64,000 bases of DNA from Azolla caroliniana (Eukaryota > Plantae > Polypodiophyta): NCBI GenBank assembly GCA_043228905.1, contig JBHGNT010000004.1, positions 23,188,001-23,252,000 of the forward strand, given 5' to 3'. The notes below the pieces were generated by a model. It saw only the letters and a list, made by a program, of their open reading frames with translations, had not been told where the DNA came from and did no database searches. Of this stretch, positions 26,801 to 39,300 are shown piece after piece (the stretch's first letter is position 1; each line of letters begins with the position of its first letter). The translations under genes and the position numbers were made by a program.

Positions 26801-27812
26801 CAGTTATTTCGCAAAATACTGGGCAAGAGTTGAGTCTGGAACAGACACCACCACATCCTCGAAGGAATACTTCCACATTGCTAACGGTTTGCTCTACCGT
26901 AATGGGAAGGTTTGTGTTCCAGATTTACCTGAGGTCAAAAAGAGGATTCTTTTTGAATGCCATGATGCACCCTCAGCAGGGCACCCTGGAATACATCGTA
27001 CACTCATTCTCATCTCCACTCAATTTTATTGGCCTAAGATGCATCCTGACATACATAGCTATGTGACTAAATGTCACCAGTGTCAGGTTAACAAAGCCGA
27101 GCGACTTAAAGCCGCAGGACTTCTACATCCCTTGGACATTCCCAATAATAAGTGGGAAAGTATATCCATGGATTTTATTGTTAGCCTTCCTCGCACCAAA
27201 AAAGGTCATGATGCCATCTAGGTTGTCGTTGATCGACTAACTAAAATGGCCAGATTTATTGCTACTAAAACCACGGTAACAGCTCCTGAATTGGCTTACC
27301 AATTCGTTGACGAATTGTTTCGTTTTTATGGGTTACCGATGGATATCGTGAGTGATCGAGATCCAAAGTTTACTAGTGACTTCTGGACACAAGTCTTTAA
27401 GAAGTTAGAAACTACGTTGAGCATGAGCTCCATGGATCATCCTCAATCCGATGGACAGACAGAACGAGTAAATCAAATTATTGAGGACATGCTTCGAGCA
27501 TACGTTGGTGCAAAACCAACAAAATGGGAACGTTATCTCCCAATTTTGGAGTTTGCTTATAACAGCTCCAAGCATACGTCGACGGGATATAGTCCTTTTA
27601 TGTTGATGTATGGTTTTCAGCCATGAGCCCCGATTGATGTTAATATACATCATGATGAGTTGCGAAGTACGCAAAACTTTCTTCGGGATATGCAAGATAT
27701 GTTGCATATTGCACGAGATAATATAAAAATAGCTCAAGATAGAGCGTGTTTTTATGCCGATCATCACAGGCAACCTCGTGTATTCAACCCTGGACAGAAG
27801 GTATTTTTACGT
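23829..27812 (+). pseudogene. gag-pol: Chromovirus gag-pol (Gag/CCHC, PR, RT, RNase H, integrase), single frame with three premature stops
   Basis: [57 protein letters not shown] zinc finger, SMDF/SDRD/DGQTER. Stops at 24708, 27219 and 27624. Confidence 0.95.
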
Positions 27813-28608
27813 TGTCGTGAAGAAAACCGTCCATAAACGGAATCGGCGCACCAAGGCGTGGGAACCGGTTCTTCACGTGTGCACGCTCCAAGTTGTACAT
27901 AGAAGCGAATTAGGAGGATAATCGGCAGGAACGGGCCCTAACACAAGTGGAGACAAAGACCGCGCGAACAGTCTTTTCGGTCGCGCGCGCGAGCTAAGGA
28001 ACTGTACGAGTCGGCGGCGTAACTACGCGGATGCGTGAAGAACGGAGCGGATCCCTGTTCGAAAGGGACAGGGAATAAAGCTGACATGACGGCCTGCTCG
28101 TCGGCCTATATAAGGAGCAGGAAAGAGCTATTGCAGGCATCTCGCGCAGAGAGGACGAAGTGCTGTCGGACCGTTTCTGGACGCTTCTCTCTCTGTTTCC
28201 TTCCTTCTTGAGCTCCATAGCTTTCTGTGCAGGGTCCCGAGGAGGCTCGCGCTGTTTCGAGGAATGCCCGAGTGCTTCCGGCAGCACCTCCGACCTGCTA
28301 CCCCTTTATGCGTCGAAGCGAACAAGCATCGGCATCTGTTCGCCGGCCTGTTCGGTTGTAACCAACTTGTGCCCCATCGAGGGTTGTAGTCGTGTTAGCC
28401 ATTTTTCTTAATATACATATTTAGTCATTCGCATCTGTCTGTGTCGGTGTCTGTTCGCGTTCCCCGTGCTGAAGGGTCGTGTCCCTGTGTATCCCCGGTC
28501 CTGCGTAGCCGGTTCTCTCTCTTTCTCCTCCCTCGCTTGCTCTTTGGTTCGAGACCCCCGTGGTCCCGCCTCGTTTCCACACGCACTTGCGTAATATCTT
28601 GACATCTT

Positions 28609-28626
28609 TGGTGAACCCGACGTGAA
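28609..28626 (+). promoter_or_regulatory. Primer-binding site complementary to tRNA-Trp 3' end
   Basis: TGGTGAACCCGACGTGAA is the complement of the plant tRNA-Trp 3' end (...TTCACGTCGGGTTCACCA, recalled). It follows a 4-nt spacer, tctt. Confidence 0.85.
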
Positions 28627-28648
28627 GGAGGCGGCAGAAGAGCAGAAG

Positions 28649-30775
28649 ATGAGGGGGTCGGATCTTGCAGAGGCCATGGCTTCGGCCGTGGATCGGATTG
28701 TAAACGCGCGCGAGGGCACCAGAGCCCTCGACAGAGCTATTGAGGCGGTCGTCGGCACGATCGGCCGGTTCGATGGGAAGGATGCCACGAAGTATTTGGC
28801 GTCCTACGGTGCAGAGATGCTGATGCGGGACATTCCGGAAGAAAGGCGTCTTGCCGGATTTCCCCGAGTGGCGATGCCGAGCATCCATGCGGAGGTGCTC
28901 GAGGTGCGGGCGGAGAGCCGTACCTGGGAGGAGTTCGAAGGTCGGCTCCTAGAGAAATACGGGCTGGACGACGCGCTCCGGCTTTCGAGGCGAAGGTTCA
29001 TGGAATGGGTGGAGTCCCCGGGGAAGGGAAGAAACGCGTCGGCACTCCTCCGGGAGTTCGAGGAAAACTTTGCGCGCCTTTCGGCGCTCGACCGAACCAT
29101 CCTGGACACGAGCCGGGTCTTGCTGTTTGTCAAGTCGGTCGACGAGCGGGATCGGGAGCAAGTGGGCCTCTTGCTGGAAACCGAAGACGGGCTCACTACC
29201 GACTGGGCGGCTGTCAAGAAAGTCTGTGGCCGTTTCGACAAACGGCGAGAATGGGCGGATAACGGGGCAACCGGGTCGGGCTCGGTCGCAGCAAGGAAGC
29301 TCGAACCAGCGCCACAAGTGCGAAAGGAAGAGACCCGAGAGTGGTTGGAAACCGGTTCGGCTTCGACCGGCGTAGTCAGAGGCTCAACCGGAGGAGCGGC
29401 GCTGGAGGAATTGACGAGGGCGATAAAGGACCTCCAAATCGCGCAAGCCCGAAGGGAAGGTGGCGAACCGGCTCGTGACCGACGGCCGGCGGCAGGAAAC
29501 AGGTGCATGTGGTGCGATGAAGTCGGCCACATTCGGAAGGACTGCGGCGACTTCGCGGAGGCGCTGAGGAACAAGGTGGTGTACCTGTGGGAAGGACGGG
29601 TGCATGCCAGCGACACCCGAAGGGCCCTGAGCCGAAACGACGGGCGAGGTGGTATGAAAAGGTTGATGGAAGAGGCGGCGGCCCGACACGCGGAAACCGT
29701 CCACTACTCGGCGTCGGCCGGCATTCGAGTCGGGGGCGGCGAGGCCTGAAGGGAAAGCAAAGCCGGATTCTGGCCGACGATGCTGGAAGGCCTTGCCGGT
29801 GCAAGGCTTAAAAGGGAGGAATCAGACCGTGCGGAGAAACGGGTGCGGGAGATGACCGGGTGGAGCGACCCGGTCGAGGAAAAGACGGGCTTCGTGGAAG
29901 CCGCTTGCCAGAACTACGAGGCTCTGGTAGAAGAGAAGCGGGTGGGGAAACCCGGGACGACCGGGCCCTCACAACGATACGAGACCCGGTCCGGGCCACG
30001 ACGGGACGAAGCCGGCGGGGCCGGTACGCAAGATAAACCCCAGAAGGGCGGGTACCGTCTGGGGACGGAGATAGAAAGGACCACGGACTTACGAAAGGTC
30101 CTGGAGGAACGGATCCTCGACAGCAAGGTGGAGTTGTCGTTACGAGAGGTGCTGGGAATCGCCAAGAAGGAGTTCCACGACTCCATCGTGGACTTGGTGA
30201 AGCGGAAGAGGCTGTCAACGGAGACAGAACCGGAAAGACCGGTGGAAGTGCGGACGACGCACCTAGACGACATGGCGCTGGGAGACGAGTGGGCGGAAAG
30301 CCACTATTCGAGACCACACTGGGCCCGAGCGACCACGGAAACCCCGGTGAAGATCGGCGATGTCCAGGAACTGGTGATAGCTTTGGTGGACCACGGATCG
30401 GAGATCAATTTGATGTCCATGGACTTCTATAAGAAGGGCAAATGGCCGATCAACACCAAGCACGGGTGGAAAATAAGGGCAGCAACGCGCGCCACCGAGG
30501 AACTGCACGGGGCCTGTCCGAATGTGCGAGTCAAGATCGGCGACGTCGAGATTGACCAGCACTTCTTCGTGCAGGAGACGTCTTCGCATCCGGTCATACT
30601 GGGAGAGCCGTACATCACGGTGGCATGAATGGAGACCAAGGTGCTGGACAATGGTTCGGCCTACGCGAGGGTCAAAAGCCAAGACGGGCGCCATTCGGTC
30701 CAGTTTCTGACGGTACGGCCGAACCACGAACGTAACCGCGACTCCCTCGGTTCCGAAAACCGAGAGGATTTTTAG
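28649..30775 (+). pseudogene. gag: Gag-protease ORF of the nested element, two in-frame TGA
   Basis: CMWCDEVGHIRKDC knuckle and ALVDHGSEINLM aspartic protease in the same frame throughout. TGA at 29747 and 30626; natural end GAG GAT TTT TAG. Confidence 0.88.
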
Positions 30776-33700
30776 AGAGGACTGCCAAGGCGTGGGGCCG
30801 CGACAGTCCGGATGCTCCGGGAAAACCCCACATCTGTACGATAAAACCGTGTACAATAGGTAGGAAATTTTGCTTCTCCGACAGCGGAGCATGTACGATG
30901 GTCGGCATCGCCGGCCGAGAGAAAACAAAGACGGAGGGGAGACTTCGGGCGTGCAGAGTTCTCGGCCCTGACGAAGAAATCGACGGAGCCGTGGAGGCAG
31001 TCTCCTTCGACGACACCTTGGGAATGCTGGGGAAGGTAGTCGAAGAAGACCTTAACGAAGACCGGACGATACCGGTATGTTCCGAAGAAATGTACGAAGT
31101 CATCGCGGACTTCGGTCGAGGGCTCGATTCGGAACGGACGGCCCGAGTTAGCACCAAGTACAAGACTGTGGACCGGAAGGTGAGGCCAGTTGCGGCGCCC
31201 TTACCGGAGGGCAGCGAATCCCGAATCAAAGGGGTTGCATCGGACCCCAGCTTACGAGATCCGGCCTGCATAGGACACTCCTTCACCAACGAGACGCTCT
31301 GCGAGCTGAAGATCGGTGGGGGCGGGTTCCTACTGCCAGTGGAGGAAGACCGGTTTCGGAGAATGCTCGGAAGGCACGGGAAAGCCTTCGCATTCTCACC
31401 GGAGGAAATCGGGTGCGTAGACCCGACGATCGTAGAGCCAATGGTGATATTCACGGTACCGCATGTACCGTGGAATCTCAAGCCAATTCCGGTTCCGAGA
31501 GCTCACATCCCGAAGTTGATGGAACTGTTGAAGCAGAAAGTTGATATGGGCATTCTCGAGCCGTCGAGCGCCCCATATTCAAACCGATGGTTTACCGTAC
31601 CAAAGAAAAACGGATCGTTGCGCTTCATTCAGGACCTGCAGCCGGTCAACAGAGTGACCATTCGGAACGCAGGGATCGGACCGACCATAGATGAGTTCGC
31701 GGAGGCCTTCGCCGGAAGGTCGATTTACTCGGTCGGTGATCTATACTCAGGGTACGACCAGTTCTAGCTAGCCGTGGAGAGCAGAGACATTACGACGATG
31801 CGAACTCCCCTCGGCCTAGTGCGGATGTGTACGCTGCCGCAAGGAGGGACCAACTCGGTGGCCCACATGGTGAATGCAATGAACAAGGTGCTGAGGGACT
31901 GCATCCCGGACATCACCATGCCGTTTCTAGACGACATCCCGATCAAGGGATGCCCGGTAGAAGAAAAGGACGAGACGATCGGGCCGGACGGATGCCGACG
32001 ATTCGTGATGACGCACATCGACGACTGCGAGAAGGTGCTGCAAAGGCTAGAGGATGCGAGGCTCACCTTCTCGGGGGAGAAGTCAGCCTTCGGGCAGTCG
32101 GAAATCATGGTGGTCGGACATTTATGTGGACCATATGGCCGGAAACCGTCTCCGGCAAAGGTAGAAGCCATCTCCGCGATGAAGCCTGATTGCAGCTCGG
32201 TCACGGAAGTACGAAGATTCTTGGGAGCGTGCGCCTTCTACCACATATGGATCCCGCATTACGCGCACGTCGCGGAGCCGCTGTACGGATTATTGAAGAA
32301 AGGGCGAAGATTCGAATGGCTAGACAAGCACACGGAGTCGGTCCGGAAGCTGAAGGAGGCTCTTTCGGCAGCACCGGCGCTCCGAAAGGCCGTCTACAGG
32401 AAGGGCACCCCAGTGTACATAACGGTTGACACGAGTCCCACCGGAATCGGGTGGGTGGTCAACCAAGAAGACGAGGACGGCAATCGGTTTCCGATCCGAT
32501 TCGGCGCGAAGGTCCTCAGTGAGCGGCAGCGAGGATACGCCCAGGTTAAACGCGAACTCTGGGGTATCGTTTCGGCGGTGAAGGCCGACAAGGACTATCT
32601 GATCGGGACAGAGGTAATCATAGAGACGGATTGCATGCTGATTCTCGGCATGGTTTCCGGATGCGCGACGCCGGACCTGGCAATGCTCAGGTGGATAGCG
32701 TACATCAAGTCCCTGGACCCGGAAATACGACACATTTCCGGGAAAGACAACGCCATGGCCGACATGCTTTCGAGGGCGAGGTTCGATGACGAGGGCGGCA
32801 TGGTTTCGGAGGACGAAGAGGTCGGCGTGGACTTCTTCGAGGCAGCATACGTAACATCCGACGGGACGAGCACTCCGGCGCTTAACGACTTCGACGCGAG
32901 CAAGTACGACGGGGAGTGGTTGCAGATCGGCGGGTTCTTGAGGACAATGGCGCCGGATGCGTCATGGACGAAAGACGAGGCCAACCGGATCCGGAAGAAA
33001 GCGTACCGGTTCTTTCTCCGGGATGGCTATCTATGGAAGCACCCGAAGAAGAGGGACGGCGCTCCGCTCCGGGTGGTGGCGATGAAGGAAGAATAGGAGG
33101 AGCTGCTGACGGCCTACCACGACAGCCCTTGGGCCGGACACCGTGGAACTTGGGCCACGTTCGAGAAGATAAAGGAGAAGTACTGGTGGCCGGGACTGTA
33201 CCGGGACGTGCATCGATTCGTGACAACTTGTGAGAGCTGTCAGATGCACTCCGTGGTCCGACACCGGGACGAGCTTCACCCTACGCACCCTCCGACCATC
33301 CACTTCAAATGGATGGTAGATCTGGTGACTATGCCAATGGGGGTAGGACAGATGAGGTACCTGGTCCTAGCGCGGGAGGATCTGACGAACCAGGTGGAAG
33401 GCCGGGCCCTTCCGAACAAAACGACCGCGGCCGTATGTCGGTTCCTAATCGAGGACGTGATATGCCGGTACGGGTGCGTCGGGAAGATCGTGGCTGACCG
33501 AGGGGAGTTGGACGCCGAAGAAGCCGCGGAGCTGTTCGACCGGCTGGGAGTCAAGCTCTCGCTCACCACTGCGTACAATCCGGAGGCGAATGGAAAGGTG
33601 GAGCGCGGACACGGGCCGATCGTCAAGGCGTTGGTTCGGGCATGCGGAGGCCGAGTCGGTAACTGGCCGCGGCTGCTACCTTATGCTTTGTGGGCAGACC

Positions 33701-34254
33701 GGACCACGCACAGTTCGGTAACCGGGTACATGCCGACGGAGCTCATGTTCGGCCAGAAGCCGATCATGTCGATGGAACGGTCGATCTCCTCGTGGGCAAC
33801 GGTCGACTGGAGGGACGAGATGAGCCGGGAGGAGTTGTTGGCCGCGCGTATACGACAGCTCGAGCGGAGACTGGAGGATGTGGAACTGGCTGCGGAGAAG
33901 CTCCGGGTGGCGAGGACAAAGAACAAAGCCAGGTTCGACCGAACGCACCGGCTCCGACCGAAGAAAATCGAAGAAGGTGACTGGGTGCTCGTCTACGACA
34001 GCAGCCTCGACAACCAGCACCGAGCTACACGGAAGTTCGCACGAAGGTGGTTCGGGCCTTACGTGGTATGGAGCGCCAATGACAACGGGACATATCACCT
34101 GGCGGAACTCGACGGCACGAGAATGGCGATACCGGTTGCAGGGAAGCGGATCAAAGCGTTCAAGAAGCGACACGACGACGAGCCAGACCCGGCTCTCCTA
34201 GTCAGCAATGACGAACGATCCGAAAACGAGGAAGAACCGATGGGCGAGGAATGA
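30772..34254 (+). pseudogene. pol: RT-RNase H-integrase ORF in the -1 frame, two in-frame TAG
   Basis: DLYSGYDQ, LPQGGTNS, FLDDIPIKG, TVDTSPTG, YHDSPWAGH...CESC, IVADRGE, NGKVERGH, WFGPY. TAG at 31765 and 33094. Confidence 0.93.
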
Positions 34255-35121
34255 AGACGGGCCGGTTTTCTCCGTCCCAACTCTCTTGGCGCATACCAGA
34301 GGATGCGCGGTTAGGTGGGGGCGGATGTCGTGAAGAAAACCGTCCATAAACGGAATCGGCGCACCAAGGCGTGGGAACCGGTTCTTCACGCGTGCACGCT
34401 CCAAGTTGTACATAGAAGCGAATTAGGAGGATAATCGGCAGGAACGGGCCCTAACACAAGTGGAGACAAAGACCGCGCGAATAGTCTTTTCGGTCACGCG
34501 CGCGAGCTAAGGAACTGTACGAGTCGGCGGCGTAACTACGCGGATGCGTGAAGAACGGAGCGGATCCCTGTTCGAAAGGGACAGGGAATAAAGCTGACAT
34601 GACGGCCTGCTCGTCGGCCTATATAAGGAGCAGGAAAGAGCTGTTGCAGGCATCTCGCGCAGAGAGGACGAAGTGCTGTCGGACCGTTTCTGGACGCTTC
34701 TCTCTCTGTTTCCTTCCTTCTTGAGCTCCATAGCTTTCTGTGCAGGGTCCCGAGGAGGCTCGCGCTGTTTCGAGGAACGCCTGAGTGCTTCCGGCAGCAC
34801 CTCCGACCTGCTACCCCTTTGTGCGTTGAAGCGAACAAGCATCGGCATCTGTTCGCCGGCCTGTTCGGTTGTAACCAACATGTGCCCCATCGAGGGTTGT
34901 AGTCGTGTTAGCCATTTTTCTTAATATACATATTTAGTCATTCGCATCTGTCTGTGTCGGTGTCTGTTCGCGCTCCCCGTGCTGAAGGGCCGTGTCCCTG
35001 TGTATCCCCGGTCCTGCGTAGCCGGTTCTCTCTCTTTCTCCTCCCTCGCTTGCTCTTTGGTTCGAGACCCCCGCGGTCCCGCCTCGTTTCCACACGCACT
35101 TGCGTAATATCTTGACAACGT

Positions 35122-35559
35122 GTACCTCACAATTCTAAGACACTGTCTACGGGTAAGTGCGCTAAGTTAGCCCCACGGTTTTGTGGACCTTTTACAGTCC
35201 TCAAACGCATTGGGTCATCAGCCTATCGTCTCGCTCTTCCCGATGGTGTCGGAATTCATCCAGTCTTTCATGTGAGTCGTCTAAAAGAACTTCTAGGTTC
35301 TGGCGACAATACAGTTACGACTGAAACTCTGGTTACTTCTGAAGAATTATCTTCTAAACCACATGTACCAGAAAGAATTCTCGATGTTAAAACAAAAAAA
35401 TTACGTACTAAAGAAATCCGAGAATTTAAAATAAAATGGATGGATAAATCAATAAAAGATGCCACATGGGAACGGGAAAATACTCTCAAAACTAATTTCC
35501 CTAACTTTCCATTGCAAGAGTGCAATGTTTTAAAGAGGGGGAGTATGTTACGGGCATGA
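35122..35559 (+). pseudogene. pol: Host chromovirus integrase C-terminus (GPF motif) and chromodomain
   Basis: KLAPRFCGPF...IHPVFHVSRLK...VPERILD...FKIKW...DATWE. Confidence 0.9.
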
Positions 35560-36379
35560 CCATATAATATCCCGTGGTGAGAATTTACCGTAGTATTCTA
35601 TACACGTGGATAAGTGTGAGGGTTAAACGAGAGTGTAAAGAAGGGGAGGATTACTTTTAATCCTCGGGATTGAGACAACCCATTAGGTCAACTGTGAACT
35701 TGCCTGGGGGCCTTGGGTATCGCTATAAATAAGAGGCCTAGCTACCCTCATTTGATCATTTTTTGACTACATCGAGACTCTGCTCGTGTGGTGGGTCAAC
35801 TCTTGTAGCGAGCGCGCCAACACCAGGTACGACTCGACGCCACAACGGTGGTATGGGATGCCGATCGAGGCTCGAGTCCGTCTCGATCCCTTCGCTCGGG
35901 GGTGGTCGGGTGGATCGGCACCCTTCTTTCTCTTTCGCCTTTCTATCTTTCATTTCTTTATCCTTATCTTAAGCTTACTTTAGTACCTAGATCTATAATA
36001 ATCCTGATGATAGCTTAGAAAGCACCGAAGATACTGCTCCAACGTTTGATTCATTCGTTCTGCCTGGCAGGATAAGGCCGATGACTTGAGAGTGACGAAC
36101 ACCACTTCAAGGGTGGAAGAAGGTTTCGGGACATGAGTGTCCGAAACATCGATTGAAAAAGGGGTAAGCATAATCGATGTTTGCATGATCGAGGAGGGAA
36201 AAGATTGTGAAGCCTATGGAGTTGAAGAGATAGCCACGGATAACGACTTCGAGGCGAAGGAGGCTAAGGACGATTGGATGGACGGTAATACTGAGGATTC
36301 CTTCCCACTAATTCTAGAGATTTCAGCAGTTGCATCTGAGAGCCAACGTGAGACTGAAGAGACAGAAGGTGGCAGAGAG

Positions 36380-39300
36380 TGTCGAATACAAGTGTATAAT
36401 GGACGTATTCACACTATCCCTTTGGGCCATTTGTGTAATTAGCATAAATGGTAGTTGCCCTAAGTCGGTCACTATATATAGTGACCTTGTAACCTTTTTG
36501 TAAGGTTGGGTGTTGTATTATTGCTTTGAAAGATAAGAAGTCTTTTGTGTCTCTCTCTCTCTCTCTCTCTCTCTCACTCACTCTCTCTCTGTGCAACGAC
36601 CTACAAACTGTCATACGCAGGTGTTCAGAACACAATCGAATGCTTCTTGATCTTCCGCATAGACGACCTTGTCTCCAACATCTGGTATCAGAGCCTGCAC
36701 AGTATTCGGTCCTTCATCCCGCTGTCGGCCGTCGTCTCAGCATTCGGTTTCCTGCGTCATTCGAAGAAGAGAGAAGAAGAAGAAAAACGAGGCCTGCATC
36801 TCATCGCGTTAGATCATCTTTGCTTGGAGTAAGCCAGCAGGTTGTACTCCGTTCCTTGTGATCGTAACCGCTTGAGGTGAAATCCCCTTGTGCAACTTTG
36901 ACACGATCGTGCTCCATTCGGTTAAACGGCATCCGAAGAGGTCATCAAACGCTGCTCGCCGCTCATTGTAACCACTCGGTGCAGATCGGTCTCAAGACAA
37001 CAACCCCAATTCGTGCTTCATCCGGCTGATCGACATTCGAGAGGATCAGTTGGATCCGTCTCTCTCGTCGCTGCAGTCACCCGAAGCAGAATCGGTCCAG
37101 ATAATCGGTTTCAATAATCGGTATTCGGCATATATATCCGAAGCGAACCGGGCTCACTCCGACTAGGCAACATTCGGGAAGACCAGTCGGTTCTGTCCCT
37201 CAAGCTACCGGAGTCAATTCGAGCAAGTTCCGAAGCCAAACCGACTCGGGTTCAAATCCGACTAGAACGATATCGGGTGAGCCAACCGGCTGCACTCCAA
37301 CAAGGTTCGTAGTCAACTCCGAACCGAGCTTCGTCAACCGAAACCGAATTTGATGGCATCAACATCCGGCTCGTCAGAAATGAGTCTACGAAAGTTCGAT
37401 GGATCGAACTTCAACTTCTGGAAAGAGCAAATGCAGGACTATCTCATAGTCAAGGGGCAAATCGATCCCATCGAAAATGAAGAACCTCCAGAAGGATACA
37501 AACCAATTGAGTGGCAGAAGCTGGACAGAATCGTCCGCGCCACGATTCGGATGCACCTATCGGAATCGGTATACTTTACGGTGCAATCGTGTACGACAGC
37601 ATTCGAACTGTGGAAAACACTGTCGGACACTTACGAAAAGAAGGTCGCCGCAACGAAGATGTTTCTGATCCGGCGCCTCTACAACTTGCGGATGAAAGAA
37701 TCCGATTCAGTTCAAGCACACCTCAATGAGTACGAAAGCATAAGCTCCCAAATCTCGTCACAGGGGACGGCAATCGAGGATGAACTCAGAGCAATGATAC
37801 TCATGAGCAGCCTTCCCTCATCATGGGAAACTTTCGTCACAACCGTGTGCAACGCGTCAACCACGGCTGTTAAATACTCCGAAGTCACGAGCGCAATCCT
37901 GACCGAAGCAACTCGGAGAAAGTCTTTCGCCAAAGACTCAACAGACGACGCTTACGTAGTACAAGGTTCGACAGACCGATCGAACATACGAGGAAGAGAT
38001 TCCTCACGGCCGCCGAACAATCAGCGAAGACGGAGCCAGTCACGGGATAACCGAATCTGCAACTATTGCAAGAAACCCGGACACATCAAAGCCGACTGCC
38101 GCGCACTCAAGAACAAGAACAACAAGAAGAGTGGCCGGCATGAGGAGATCAATTACGTCAGCTTCTCAGCTGATGTGCTACCAGACGACCCGAATATACT
38201 ATCAATCGAAAATCCAGTCGGATCAGAAGTTCTACTCACGACTGAAGAATCGAGCACATGGCTCTTAGATTCGGGAGCGTCATTTCACGTGACTCCTCAT
38301 CGATCCCAATTTCGGCAATATACGATCCGTCACTCCGACTCAGTTCGAGTCGGCAACTCACAACACTGTGACATCATCGGAATCGGCACAGTAGAGCTCA
38401 ACCTTGCAGGTGGCTCTACACTTGTACTCCACAATGTCCGACATGTACCCGAGCTCTCAAGGCCATTGATCTCAGTCGGACAACTAGATGAAGACGGCAT
38501 TCGTGCCGGTTTTTCTTCGGGAGGGTGGACACTCCACAGGGGGAACCTCCTGCTTGCTAGAGGACCCAAGATACACTCCCTGTATCCGTTACATGTTACG
38601 CTCAGAGAGGGTAACCTGTTTTTGGTGGATATTCCTGTGTCATCACTATGGCACAGAAGATTAGGACACCTCAGCAAGGCCGGCATCACGCACCTATCTA
38701 GAGCCGGATACATCCCCAAACTCTCCTTCTCCGACCATCAATTCTGCGAGCATTGCCAGTATGGCAAACAAGCAGCCGCATCACACCCGACATCAGCACC
38801 AAGAGAAACGAGACCTCTCGATTTGGTCCACTCGGACGTCTGTGGCCCAATGCCGCATCAGTCTCTCGGCGGTGCCTCTTACTTCGTCACTTTTATTGAC
38901 GATTCGACTCGAAAGGTGTGGGCTTATCCAATTCGCACCAAAGATCGGGTCTTCTCGATCTTCACCGATTGGCTCGCTATGGTAGAAAATCAAACCGACC
39001 GAAAGCTGAAATGCTTTCGGACAGACAATGGGGGAGAGTTTAAATCCGAAGAATTCGTCAAATTCTGCCGACAACGCGGCATCCGACGTGAATTTACGGC
39101 ACCACACAGTCCGGAGCAAAACGGGATTGCAGAACGAATGAATCGGACAATCCAAGAACGGATAGTTTCCATGCTCCAACACTCCGGACTGTCGGATGGC
39201 TTCTGGGCAGAGGCTCTACTCACGGCAGCACACATAATCAATATGTCGCCAAGTAGACCTCTAGGACTTCAAATTCCTCAGGAACTATGGATCGGCAGTA

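Larger units (their letters stand above)
27813..35117 (+). mobile_element. Nested GC-rich non-chromovirus Ty3/Gypsy, tRNA-Trp-primed; LTRs 27813-28604 and 34326-35117 (792 bp)
   Basis: TG...CA LTRs with about 12 mismatches. 4-bp TSD ACGT at 27809-12 and 35118-21, whose removal restores host codons KVFLRVP. PBS at 28609-28626 and PPT at 34309-25. Confidence 0.97.
21580..36000 (+). mobile_element. Full-length Ty3/Gypsy chromovirus; LTRs 21686-22140 and 35546-36000 (455 bp), extra partial LTR 21580-21685
   Basis: TSD ATCCT at 21575-79 and 36001-05. PBS tggtatcaga (tRNA-iMet, 22143). PPT aaagagggggagta (35532-45). About 8 mismatches between LTRs. Confidence 0.97.
17616..36070 (-). mobile_element. 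Tcn1-like chromovirus (Ty3/Gypsy) 3' remnant: 3' LTR 17616-20856 (interrupted), PPT, chromodomain and integrase 20857-21579 plus 36001-36070
   Basis: The LTR tgtcagg...catgaca matches the solo LTR at 59878. PPT aaaagggggataa. GPF motif and chromodomain EYEVAAILDSKIVRNKLYYLVDWLGY..NERTWEP. The integrase QAERMNQTLEQYLRCF resumes beyond the nested insertion. Confidence 0.9.

Noticed and set aside
29747-29749. Programmed stop read-through between gag and protease
   Set aside because: More simply a CGA>TGA mutation, like the other stops in this copy.
28400-34200. Many long antisense and alternate-frame ORFs
   Set aside because: These are expected shadows of a GC-rich coding strand and show no independent motifs.
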